A stretch of DNA of 64,000 bases, taken from an uncultured Bacteroidota bacterium. GTDB lineage: Bacteria > Bacteroidota > Bacteroidia > Bacteroidales > GCA-2748055. This document shows positions 27,780 to 36,299 of the stretch, one piece after another. The stretch covers positions 227,591 to 291,590 of the forward strand of contig CAVQMZ010000006.1 of the NCBI GenBank assembly GCA_963713725.1. The letters run 5' to 3'. Made by a program: the position numbers and the translations under genes. The stretch's first letter is position 1, and each line of letters begins with the position of its first letter. Below the pieces are notes generated by a model, which was given only the letters and a program-made list of their open reading frames with translations, made no database searches and was not told the DNA's origin.

Positions 27780-29306
27780 ATGAACAAAAAAGCAGGGAAA
27801 TATAGGTGGAGGTGGATCTTACCCATAGCCGGGCTCATTATGGGAGCCGGAATGATAATCGGAGTAAACAGGGTCGTACAGCATACAAGCACCGATGAAT
27901 ATTGCCAATCCTGTCATATCCACACCGGGGCCGATGAGGCATGGACCAAATCAACACATTTCACCAATGAAAGCGGGGTTCGGGTAGGCTGTGCGGAATG
28001 CCACCTTCCACCCAAGGGTAGATTTCACGCATTTCCGCACCAAGGTCCGAACAGGACTCCACGACCTTTATGCCTATCATTTCAAAGACCATGAGTCCTT
28101 TGACTGGGAACGAAAGCAGCAGCTGGAGTATGCAGTGAACATCGTTTATAATGAATCCTGCGTAGAAATGTCATCAGAACCTGTATCCGGATGGCCTATC
28201 CGATGACGGGGGGAAGGCCCACCTCTATTATGAAATGAATGCCGAAAAACTGGAACTGCACTGCATAAACTGTCACCTGGATGTTGGACATCATCTTCCC
28301 GGCTACGAGCATAAGCAGATGACTGGGATTCCCGTATCAGATGAGGGTCACGAAGGAAGTATTTTCAGAAGCGGCCATTGTCACCGAATTTGAGGACTTC
28401 ACCGAGTTTATTCCCAACACTTCGGTTTCCTTTAATATGATTGCCATACAGGGAGGTGACATTCCAGATGGGAAGTCCGGATGATGAGCCACTTACGGAA
28501 TAAAAATGAGGGACCCGTCCGGACGGTAACGTATCATCCTTTCTTCATGGCAGAGGTGGAGGTTAGCTGGGATGAGTACTGGACCTTCTATAGCCAGACC
28601 ATGTCCGAAGGCAGGCTGGCTCCGGAAACAGTTTATGCAAACAATGCAAGCAATCTGGATGCAATCAGCGGACCAACGCCTCCTTTCGGAAATCCTGGAC
28701 AGGGCTGGGGAAGCGGGGACCGTCCCGCCATCACCATGTCCCATTATGCAGCCGTAACCTACTGCCAGTGGTTGTCCAAGGAGACAGGAAAAAAATACAG
28801 GCTTCCCACCGAAGCTGAATGGGAATATGCCTGCCGGGCTGGTACCCAAAGCCCTTATTTCTTTGAAGGAGATCCTAAAAAGCTTTTCCAGTGAAGGTTT
28901 GCGACAGCGGATTTTCGGTGCAGATACCACCCATATCAGCGGTTTTAGCGTGTATGCCCTTAACTCGGGGGGAAAGACCCAGGAACCATCCTTTGTGAAA
29001 GCAAATCCCTTTGGACTCAAGAATATGGCAGGCAATGTATTTGAATACTGTTCCGACTACTATTCGGCCGATGCATATGCTCAGACTGAATAGAAGCTAA
29101 GCGATCCAAAAGGGCCTCGATTCAGGAAGCGAGCATGTGATCCGGGGTGGAGCTTACCTTCAGATGCAGCAGAACTGAGGTCAGCCGCAAGGGCTTCCAC
29201 CGAAACCGAAGCATGGTTGAAGACCGACTGCCAGCAACCCAAAAGCATCTGGTGGTACTCCGATATGAAAGGGATTGGTTTCAGGGTTGTGTGTGAGCCG
29301 GAATAG
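27780..29306 (+). pseudogene. NapC/NirT-type tetrahaem cytochrome fused to a formylglycine-generating-enzyme (SUMF1/FGE) domain; multiple frameshifts
   Basis: There is an N-terminal TM. The haem motifs are CQSCH, CAECH, C-V-x-CH (restored by a 1-nt shift near 28165) and CINCH. The FGE-like part follows: [57 protein letters not shown] and the tail GIGFRVVCEPE. Confidence 0.65.
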
Positions 29307-29429
29307 GCAGATGATCTTTTCAGAATTGCCATAACATCTTAATTCAGAAAGTATTTTTTTGTTATCTTAAAACACTTTGCTTTCAGTTTCTGATGAATAT
29401 CAGCAGCCTACAGATTTAATGTTTGGTGG

Positions 29430-30176
29430 ATGAGATATAAAAGATATATCCTGCTCATTTTTAATAAATTTAAAATCGCCCTGATTGATCTGGTCCCAAT
29501 CATTGCGGTGGTGGTTTTTTTTCAAATGGTTGTAATACAGCAGCCCTTCCCCCAAATTGGAGAAGTCGTTTTTGGTTTCGTGTTCGTAATCATTGGATTG
29601 ATGCTTTTTGTTGAAGGATTGGAGATTAGTTTATTTCCCATTGGAGAAACCCTGGCCTATGCCCTCGCAAAAAAGGGAAGCCTCCTGTGGTTGATGATTT
29701 TCTCATTTTCACTCGGATTTTCAACCACCATTGCCGAACCTGCCTTAATTGCCGTGGCAAAAGAAGCTGCAAGCATATCTTCCGATGCAGGAATTATTGA
29801 AAATAGCGAAAAAACCCGGGGATTATATGCCCTGGGATTACGATTGACCGTCGCATTTTCAGTAGGTTTGGCCATCGTTATCGGGGTATTGCGTATTCTG
29901 AAGGGATGGCCCATATATTATTTGATCATCGGTGGATATATTCTGGTGATGTTGATGACAGTAATTGCCCCCAGGGAGATCATTGGATTGGCCTACGATG
30001 CAGGTGGAGTCACTACCTCCACCATTACCGTTCCTCTGGTCACAGCTTTAGGAGTCGGACTGGCCACTGTAATCAAAGGACGAAGTCCTTTAGTCGATGG
30101 TTTTGGCCTGATTGCCTTTGCTTCACTTTTGCCAATGATCTTTGTGATGGCCTATGGTTTATTTTGGTTTAATTAA
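29430..30176 (+). CDS. DUF1538-family integral membrane protein
   Basis: 248 aa, multi-TM: GFSTTIAEPALIAVA...LAYDAGGVTTSTITVPLVTALGVGLA...DGFGLIAFASLLPMI. Confidence 0.7.
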   Translation: MRYKRYILLIFNKFKIALIDLVPIIAVVVFFQMVVIQQPFPQIGEVVFGFVFVIIGLMLFVEGLEISLFPIGETLAYALAKKGSLLWLMIFSFSLGFSTTIAEPALIAVAKEAASISSDAGIIENSEKTRGLYALGLRLTVAFSVGLAIVIGVLRILKGWPIYYLIIGGYILVMLMTVIAPREIIGLAYDAGGVTTSTITVPLVTALGVGLATVIKGRSPLVDGFGLIAFASLLPMIFVMAYGLFWFN

Positions 30177-30188
30177 TATTGGGTATAT

Positions 30189-30965
30189 ATGGATGGATTT
30201 TTGATGGATTTTGTCCTGGTATTGTTACATACACTGAGAGACATTTCACCCATCTTATTATTGGTTATTATTTTTCAGCTAGTGGTTCTAAAACAACCAA
30301 TACCTCATTTAAAAAGGGTAATTCAGGGGGGTATTTATGTTGTGCTGGGGCTTGCTCTTTTCCTCGTTGGATTGGAAAAAGCGCTATTTCCGGTGGGGAA
30401 TATTATGGCTGCTCAACTATCTGATCCTGAATTTTTAGGAAAGTCGGGAGAGGAATTGTCATATTGGGGGACATATTACTGGATTTACATATTTGCAGCC
30501 CTGATCGGGTTTGCCACAACTATCGCTGAGCCCTCGCTCATTGCTGTGGCATTAAAGGCCAGTGAGGTATCTGCGGGTACCATTAGTCAATGGGGACTTC
30601 GTATTATAGTGGCTCTTGGAGTGGCTTTTGCTCTGGCTCTTGGAACATTTCGAATCGTAACAGGAACACCATTGTATTTTTATATAATTGCAGGATATTT
30701 GGTGGTGATCATTCAGACCATATTTGCCCCAAAAAAACTCATTGCACTGGCCTATGATTCCGGAGGCGTAACTACTTCCACGGTTACTGTCCCCCTGGTG
30801 GCAGCTCTTGGATTGGGGCTATCAAGCGCAGTACCAGGCAGAAACCCAGCCTTGGATGGATTTGGACTCATTGCCTTTGCCAGTTTGTTCCCGATTATCA
30901 CTGTCTTAGGATATACTCAATTAGTAGAATTGAAAACTCGATTTTTTAAAAATAAATACAAATAA
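30189..30965 (+). CDS. DUF1538-family integral membrane protein (paralog)
   Basis: 258 aa with the same motif set (GFATTIAEPSLIAVA, LAYDSGGVTTSTVTVPLVAALGLGL, DGFGLIAFASLFPII). Confidence 0.7.
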   Translation: MDGFLMDFVLVLLHTLRDISPILLLVIIFQLVVLKQPIPHLKRVIQGGIYVVLGLALFLVGLEKALFPVGNIMAAQLSDPEFLGKSGEELSYWGTYYWIYIFAALIGFATTIAEPSLIAVALKASEVSAGTISQWGLRIIVALGVAFALALGTFRIVTGTPLYFYIIAGYLVVIIQTIFAPKKLIALAYDSGGVTTSTVTVPLVAALGLGLSSAVPGRNPALDGFGLIAFASLFPIITVLGYTQLVELKTRFFKNKYK

Positions 30966-30967
30966 CG

Positions 30968-31315
30968 ATGCAATTTAAATTGATTATCGCTTTTGTCAAA
31001 CCCAGTATCACTGATTCTGTAGTTGATGCAATGAAGGAAGCAGGGGCAACCGGGGCAACCATTGTTCCCGCAAGAGGAACAGGAATACATGAGGCAAAGT
31101 CCTTCTTTGGCCTTAGTATTGAGGACCAAACAGATATTATTATTTTCCTCGTGGAAGAACATGTAGTAGAAAACCTTATGCAGGTCATACAGCTGGAAGG
31201 CAAATTTGATGAACCGGGTACGGGAATCGCTTTTGTTTTGCCCATAGAGCATATTGCCGGATTGACCAGTCAAATGAAAGAGTTCAAGAAGCAAGCCAGG
31301 GACAAATATTTTTGA
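30968..31315 (+). CDS. P-II-like signal-transduction protein (non-canonical T-loop)
   Basis: 115 aa: KLIIAFVKPS..D.V.DAMKEAGATGATIVPARGTG...IIIFLVEE......GTGIAFVLPIE. It starts 2 nt after the DUF1538 stop. Confidence 0.65.
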   Translation: MQFKLIIAFVKPSITDSVVDAMKEAGATGATIVPARGTGIHEAKSFFGLSIEDQTDIIIFLVEEHVVENLMQVIQLEGKFDEPGTGIAFVLPIEHIAGLTSQMKEFKKQARDKYF

Positions 31316-31354
31316 CAGGCCTTCACAATTATTAAAAACATTTATGTAGAAAAC

Positions 31355-31756
31355 ATGGATTCAAAAAGAAGCTATCAAAGTGCCAAGAATGTCATGGCGC
31401 AGAACATTATCTTTATTGACGGCATGGCCACAGCAAAAGAAGCGGTCGATATCATGCGAAGGGAGAAGGTCGAAGCCCTGATCGTCAATAAGCGCTATCC
31501 GACTGACGCCTATGGGATTGTGTCGGTGCATGATCTTATCAGGGGTGTAATTATTCCGGACAAAACTTCAGAGGAGGTTAATGTCTTTGAAATTATGACC
31601 AAACCTGTAATCAGTGTTCCGGCTGATATGGATGTGCGCTATGTCGCCAATCTGTTGACGACAGTGGGACTAAGGATGGCCCCGGTTGAGGAAAATTGCA
31701 TGTATATCGGAATGGTAGCCCTTTCAGATCTGATATTGGAAAATTTGCTTTTTTAA
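31355..31756 (+). CDS. CBS-pair domain protein
   Basis: 133 aa with two CBS-like halves (VMAQNIIFIDGMATAKEAVDIM...; IMTKPVISVPADMDVRYVANLL...). Confidence 0.7.
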   Translation: MDSKRSYQSAKNVMAQNIIFIDGMATAKEAVDIMRREKVEALIVNKRYPTDAYGIVSVHDLIRGVIIPDKTSEEVNVFEIMTKPVISVPADMDVRYVANLLTTVGLRMAPVEENCMYIGMVALSDLILENLLF

Positions 31757-31809
31757 GATCTGAAGATTGCACATTCAGGCGATCTCTTCGAGGCAGACAA
31801 TCAATTGTG

Positions 31810-32877
31810 CTAGAACCATTTTTTCTTTCTGAAATATATAAGCATTCCAATTGCTACCGTTATAATAACCCCCCACATAATAAAGTAGCTGTATTGGTAA
31901 TGAAGTTCTGGCACAAAATCAAAATTGGTCCCGTAAATCCCTGCTATGAAAGTCAAAGGAATGAATATTACAGAGAAAATAGTTAAGAATTTCATAATAT
32001 CATTCAGCTTGCTGCTGATGGACGTGTGGTAGATATTTAATTGATCCGAAAGAATTTCCCGGTAACTATCAGATGAATCATTTGCCTGATCAATATTCTC
32101 CTGGAGCTCCTTGAAGTGAACATCTGTGTTCTCAGCAATTAAATCAGATTCAATCTTTGACAGGGCCAGAATCATCTCCCTGGCAGGTTTAATGCTTTTT
32201 CTCAGGAAATTTAGCTCTCTTTTATACATATTTATTTCTTCAATGACAGATTTTTTAGGATCCATGAGAAGGTCCTCTTCTATGCTCTCAATTTTTTCAC
32301 CTAAGAAACTTATGATATAAATATAATTGTCAATAACGATATCGAGCAAGGCAAAGGCCAGGTAGTCAGTTCCCGAGTTCCTGATTCTCTTTTTTTGTTT
32401 CCTGATTCGTTCTCTCAAGGGTTCAAAAACATCCCCCTTCCTTTCCTGAAAAGAAATAAGGACTGATTTGGTCAGGATCAGACTCAGGTTTTCTACCGAG
32501 CTCGTATTGGTCTCCTCATCCAGTTGCAACATTTTTATGGATACAAGAATGCAATTGTCATACTCCTGGACTTTTGGACGTGACTGGGTATTCATCACAT
32601 CTGCAATAATCAGTTGATCCAGCTGGAACGATTCAGCAATTTCCTTCATAATGACAGTATCATGCAAGCCGTCAATATTGAGCCAGGTGACTGAATCTTT
32701 TCCTTGATATTTCAACACCTCATTTAAGCTGGAAATGGAGTCTTCTGCAAGATTATCTGCATCATAATCAATAATACGCAACAGTACCTGGTCAATCTTT
32801 TTCTCGCCCCGAAACAATAATTCATCAGGGGATATCCCTATCTCTTGCTTATTCTTTTTGATAAATCTTGCCATCAT
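31810..32877 (-). CDS. corA: CorA-family divalent cation channel with GTN instead of the GMN signature
   Basis: 355 aa. The C-terminus FIPLTFIAGIYGTNFDFVPEL...YFRKKKWF closely parallels classical CorA. The motif codons GGG ACC AAT are at 31932-31924. Confidence 0.8.
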   Translation of the reverse strand: MMARFIKKNKQEIGISPDELLFRGEKKIDQVLLRIIDYDADNLAEDSISSLNEVLKYQGKDSVTWLNIDGLHDTVIMKEIAESFQLDQLIIADVMNTQSRPKVQEYDNCILVSIKMLQLDEETNTSSVENLSLILTKSVLISFQERKGDVFEPLRERIRKQKKRIRNSGTDYLAFALLDIVIDNYIYIISFLGEKIESIEEDLLMDPKKSVIEEINMYKRELNFLRKSIKPAREMILALSKIESDLIAENTDVHFKELQENIDQANDSSDSYREILSDQLNIYHTSISSKLNDIMKFLTIFSVIFIPLTFIAGIYGTNFDFVPELHYQYSYFIMWGVIITVAIGMLIYFRKKKWF

Positions 32878-33140
32878 CTTTTTTGCTAAAATTTCAACTA
32901 AACATTTTGATGTATTATACAGAGTACTGTTTTAGTTGGTGGTGAAGACTTCCCGGTTTTCGGACGTGTAAGTAAATATACTAAATATAAGCTCTCACGC
33001 ATGCAAATCCAGGATCTCCCCACGCATCCATAATTTTGTCAAATAGCTGCAGTTTAAAACAACTACATGGTGACCCTGTTTAAAGGATCGGACTTTTCAC
33101 AAGAGCTAATAAAGACTGACAACGTTTATAAAACGTTTCT

Positions 33141-34352
33141 CTACTTTCTGTATGAGGCATAATATCTCAATCCAAAACCTACATTTAAACCCTGATCGAT
33201 CTGCTTGCCCAGTACATAACCTTCTGTTTTATACCCAAGGTCCAGGTGAAGACCCAGCTTTTCCATGATTCTATAATCCAGTGCAGCTTCGCAGGCAACA
33301 CCCGCTCCAAAAATATCCTGGTTCCAGATGTCAATATATGAAGACAGCTGAAGCTTAGGACGATCGAGGATGTTTTGCCAGCCCAGACCCAGGCCCTGGT
33401 TCTTATAAGGGTTGCCGTATTTCAGATAGAATGTAAACATATTGCCCTTAACATGCAGGTAGTTGTTCAAATACAATTCATAACCCAGGGGAGATACATT
33501 AAAAAGGGTTCCGTAAGTCCAACCGGTAAAATGATCGCCAATAAGGAATATGGGCCTTCGGGTTTTAGAGCCATTACCAAAGGATCCACCCACTTCCCTG
33601 TAAAATTGAGGATCCAATAAACTGAAAAAGGATCCAAATATGGCAGATTGCTGATAAAACTTAACCAGGTCGGGGTTTACGCTGCTATCCGTCGGAAGAA
33701 AAACCTGATCGTTGGAATAATTTTTAAAAACCAGCAAGGTAATGTTGGCTGGATCACCCGGCGTATTCATCCATACCTCCGGATCTTTGGGGTCAATGGG
33801 TACAATAAGGGAAGTATACAGGGGATAAAAGATGCGATGGGCAAAACTTAAGCCTAAATCTTCATTATAGATCCCATTCTGAGCAATAAACTCTCTCTGG
33901 AGAGTCCTGATGGTCAGAAAGTTCACCTCAAATCCTCCGGTTACGGCAAGGGCCTCATTCACAAGGTTAATGTCCGAGGGCAAATGCATTGTGGTGTATG
34001 GAACCGGGATGGCGGCATCGTGAATTTTAAAGTAGCCACCCACCTGTTTTGCTCTTAAGGAATGTCCGAATTCATGGGTCCATACCACCTGAAAGAAAGT
34101 AGTAGCGAAATTAAACACGCCATAACTAATGTTTCCAAGCTTCTCTCCCATCAAAGGTTTAAGCTCTTTTCTGAAGGCATCGCTGATTACCCGATGCATT
34201 GCGATTCCATTGGTAGAAGAATTTCTCAGATCATACTGATTGTAAACCCCAAACTGATAGGTCCTGTGCCATAAACTATCCTGTGCCGAAAGTGAAACAA
34301 AGGCCAGTAAAAAAGCTCCAAGGAGCACGACTTTTTTTATTTGCTTATTCAT
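33141..34352 (-). CDS. secreted hypothetical protein with an HExxH zinc-metalloprotease motif
   Basis: 403 aa with a signal peptide (VVLLGAFLLAFVSLSAQ), VWTHEFGHSLRA and a beta-rich C-terminal half. I did not recognise a family. Confidence 0.45.
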   Translation of the reverse strand: MNKQIKKVVLLGAFLLAFVSLSAQDSLWHRTYQFGVYNQYDLRNSSTNGIAMHRVISDAFRKELKPLMGEKLGNISYGVFNFATTFFQVVWTHEFGHSLRAKQVGGYFKIHDAAIPVPYTTMHLPSDINLVNEALAVTGGFEVNFLTIRTLQREFIAQNGIYNEDLGLSFAHRIFYPLYTSLIVPIDPKDPEVWMNTPGDPANITLLVFKNYSNDQVFLPTDSSVNPDLVKFYQQSAIFGSFFSLLDPQFYREVGGSFGNGSKTRRPIFLIGDHFTGWTYGTLFNVSPLGYELYLNNYLHVKGNMFTFYLKYGNPYKNQGLGLGWQNILDRPKLQLSSYIDIWNQDIFGAGVACEAALDYRIMEKLGLHLDLGYKTEGYVLGKQIDQGLNVGFGLRYYASYRK

Positions 34353-35208
34353 GATATGTGTTTTTTAATTGCCAGTTAATTTTATTGAATAGGATGATTG
34401 CCATGAACCAAAAAAGCAAGACCCCGGAAAAACCAAAGGGGCCAAAGATCATGGTGTTCATTTCATCTTTTGAAAGAAAAAGGGAAGCTGTATCCAAAGA
34501 TTTATAAAGTGCTCCATGAGCAAGCACTGCAACGAAAATGCTACGGGTTTTGAAATAGAAGAATTGAAACAGTATTCCCAGCGGAATACAGAACAGGAGC
34601 GTCGGTATAAATGCGATCAGCAAATTGCCCGGACCACCGATTAAGGGCTTCAGAAACAAAAAAGACCATACTCCCCAAAGCATACCACCAAGAATAAATG
34701 CGGGTACGGGCTTAAGGATCTTTAAGAGGCGAGGCAGCATAAATGCCCTCCAGCCAAGCTCCTGCCCCAAAAAAACGGGGATATTTACCAATGCACCCAA
34801 AAGTGCATTGATCAGGGATACTGCAATCAGACCCAGGCTGATGTTCCCAAAGAAAAAACCATCCTCTTTAAGGGCATAGATGATGTCTTCCCTGCTCTTT
34901 AGCAAATCCGGATTAAGAAGAACAGAAGTTCCATAGCTCAGAAAACAGATAACTGTGATCACAAGCGGGGCCAGAATCCAATACTTCCACCCTTCTATGG
35001 AAAAGCCCAAATCCTTACTTTTAAAAAAAGGCTTTCTTAGTAAAACCAGGTAAAGAAATGCGACTGTCAGACCAGGCAGATAAAGGACGATTTCATTAAG
35101 GAAATAAGCGCCGTTACCTCCTGACCAGGGACCAAACTTCAATGTAAGGGCAGCTGCAAAACTGATGATCAGATACCATAGGATTGTATATTTGATTTTG
35201 CTTTTCAT
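34345..35208 (-). CDS. CPBP-family intramembrane glutamic endopeptidase (CAAX/Abi-like)
   Basis: 287 aa, polytopic: LGQELGWRAFMLP (EExxxR-type motif) and FVAVLAHGALY (His motif). It overlaps the downstream gene by 8 nt. Confidence 0.7.
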   Translation of the reverse strand: MKSKIKYTILWYLIISFAAALTLKFGPWSGGNGAYFLNEIVLYLPGLTVAFLYLVLLRKPFFKSKDLGFSIEGWKYWILAPLVITVICFLSYGTSVLLNPDLLKSREDIIYALKEDGFFFGNISLGLIAVSLINALLGALVNIPVFLGQELGWRAFMLPRLLKILKPVPAFILGGMLWGVWSFLFLKPLIGGPGNLLIAFIPTLLFCIPLGILFQFFYFKTRSIFVAVLAHGALYKSLDTASLFLSKDEMNTMIFGPFGFSGVLLFWFMAIILFNKINWQLKNTYHE

Positions 35209-35253
35209 TTGCTTTTGCTTGAAACTTCAAAAGCAAGATTAAGCGTACTAATT

Positions 35254-35261
35254 CAAAAATA
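35254..35261 (-). promoter_or_regulatory. -7 box TATTTTTG upstream of the CPBP gene
   Basis: Exact TAnnTTTG on the minus strand, 46 nt before ATG 35208. Confidence 0.3.
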
Positions 35262-35311
35262 AAAGCGCGTGGGATAGCTGTCAAAGCCGGAGGGACAGAA
35301 TGCAGGAAATG

Positions 35312-36152
35312 TTATTTATTGGGACGAATGACATGGTCAACTTTTGCAATATATGACCTGGACACGGGTACAAAGGAGGTGGAATCTTCCAAAAATAACT
35401 TCAGGCCCTGGGCATTTCCTTCCACATTTATAACTTTATCGGTATTCACAATATAAGCTCTGTGGCATCTGATAAACCCGGGGTGCATGGCAAGGAGATT
35501 TTCCATTTCCTTTATGGTAAGCCGGATGGTTAAGCTTCTATCTCCGGTGAGAAAAATATTGAGATAGTTCCTGTCGGATTCAAAATACAAGAGATCAGAA
35601 ATCGCGTAGGATTGAGATTCAAAGGTAATGAGTTCCTTGCTGGGTTCAATTTTTCGATCAGCACCCTCATCTGACATATTTACCGCCAGCTGGTAATATT
35701 TCTTGAATAGTTTCCTCTGCTCATTGATGATATGCAGGCTAACCGGCAATAGGCCAATGAGCGTAGTTGTAAAAATGGAAGACAAAATGCCTGTAAAAGA
35801 CAAATCATTTCCCATGACATAGGCAGAGAGAAAATGAATGGCCAGAGAAATGGTAAGAAAGTGAATGACATACAATACAATTTCGTTCCAGACTTTCCAG
35901 TTCTTCTCCTTTTCAGGCTTTACAATCGCACTGAAAACAAGGATATTTACCAGGGCGATAATAAAGGTTACCAGCCCATAGTAGGACGAAATTAATAGTC
36001 GATACGGCGTGCTGTTATTTCCAACAAATCGCTTCTGAACGGAATAAAAAGACGAAAAAAAAGATAAACCAGCTTATAAAAAGGATCACTTTCAAGGCCT
36101 CCGGAATCCGGGCCGTATAGGGATATGGTTTATTTAAATTTTGAAATTTCAT
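35312..36152 (-). CDS. membrane-anchored LytTR DNA-binding protein; one frameshift in an A8/T8 run (36055-36062)
   Basis: The C-terminal LytTR domain reads YFESDRNYLNIFLTG...IRCHRAYIVN...VPVSRSY. About 4 TM segments lie upstream. ORF 36015-36197 (MKFQNLNKPYPY...) joins the 35312-35875 frame across the homopolymer. Confidence 0.7.
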
Positions 36153-36299
36153 TATCACACTCACGAATCGAACCCTAATATATAATATTTTTCTCAAGGA
36201 TAAATCCTGAAAAGCAGGCTGATACCATTTTGACTGAGGCCAGGGAAACTTGACTTTGATATCTGAATATCATACATTTAATGTGCAAAAATATAGCAG

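Noticed and set aside
30968-31315. PII-like gene as a canonical GlnB/GlnK nitrogen regulator.
   Set aside because: There is no amtB or glnA neighbour, and the loop lacks the uridylylation-site Tyr and is shorter. The gene is translationally coupled to the DUF1538 genes instead.
32878-33140. The 263-nt region upstream of corA as a possible Mg2+ (M-box) riboswitch.
   Set aside because: I could not identify the conserved M-box helices or any convincing extended structure by eye. The region is AT-rich and unstructured-looking. A covariance-model scan would be needed to exclude it formally.
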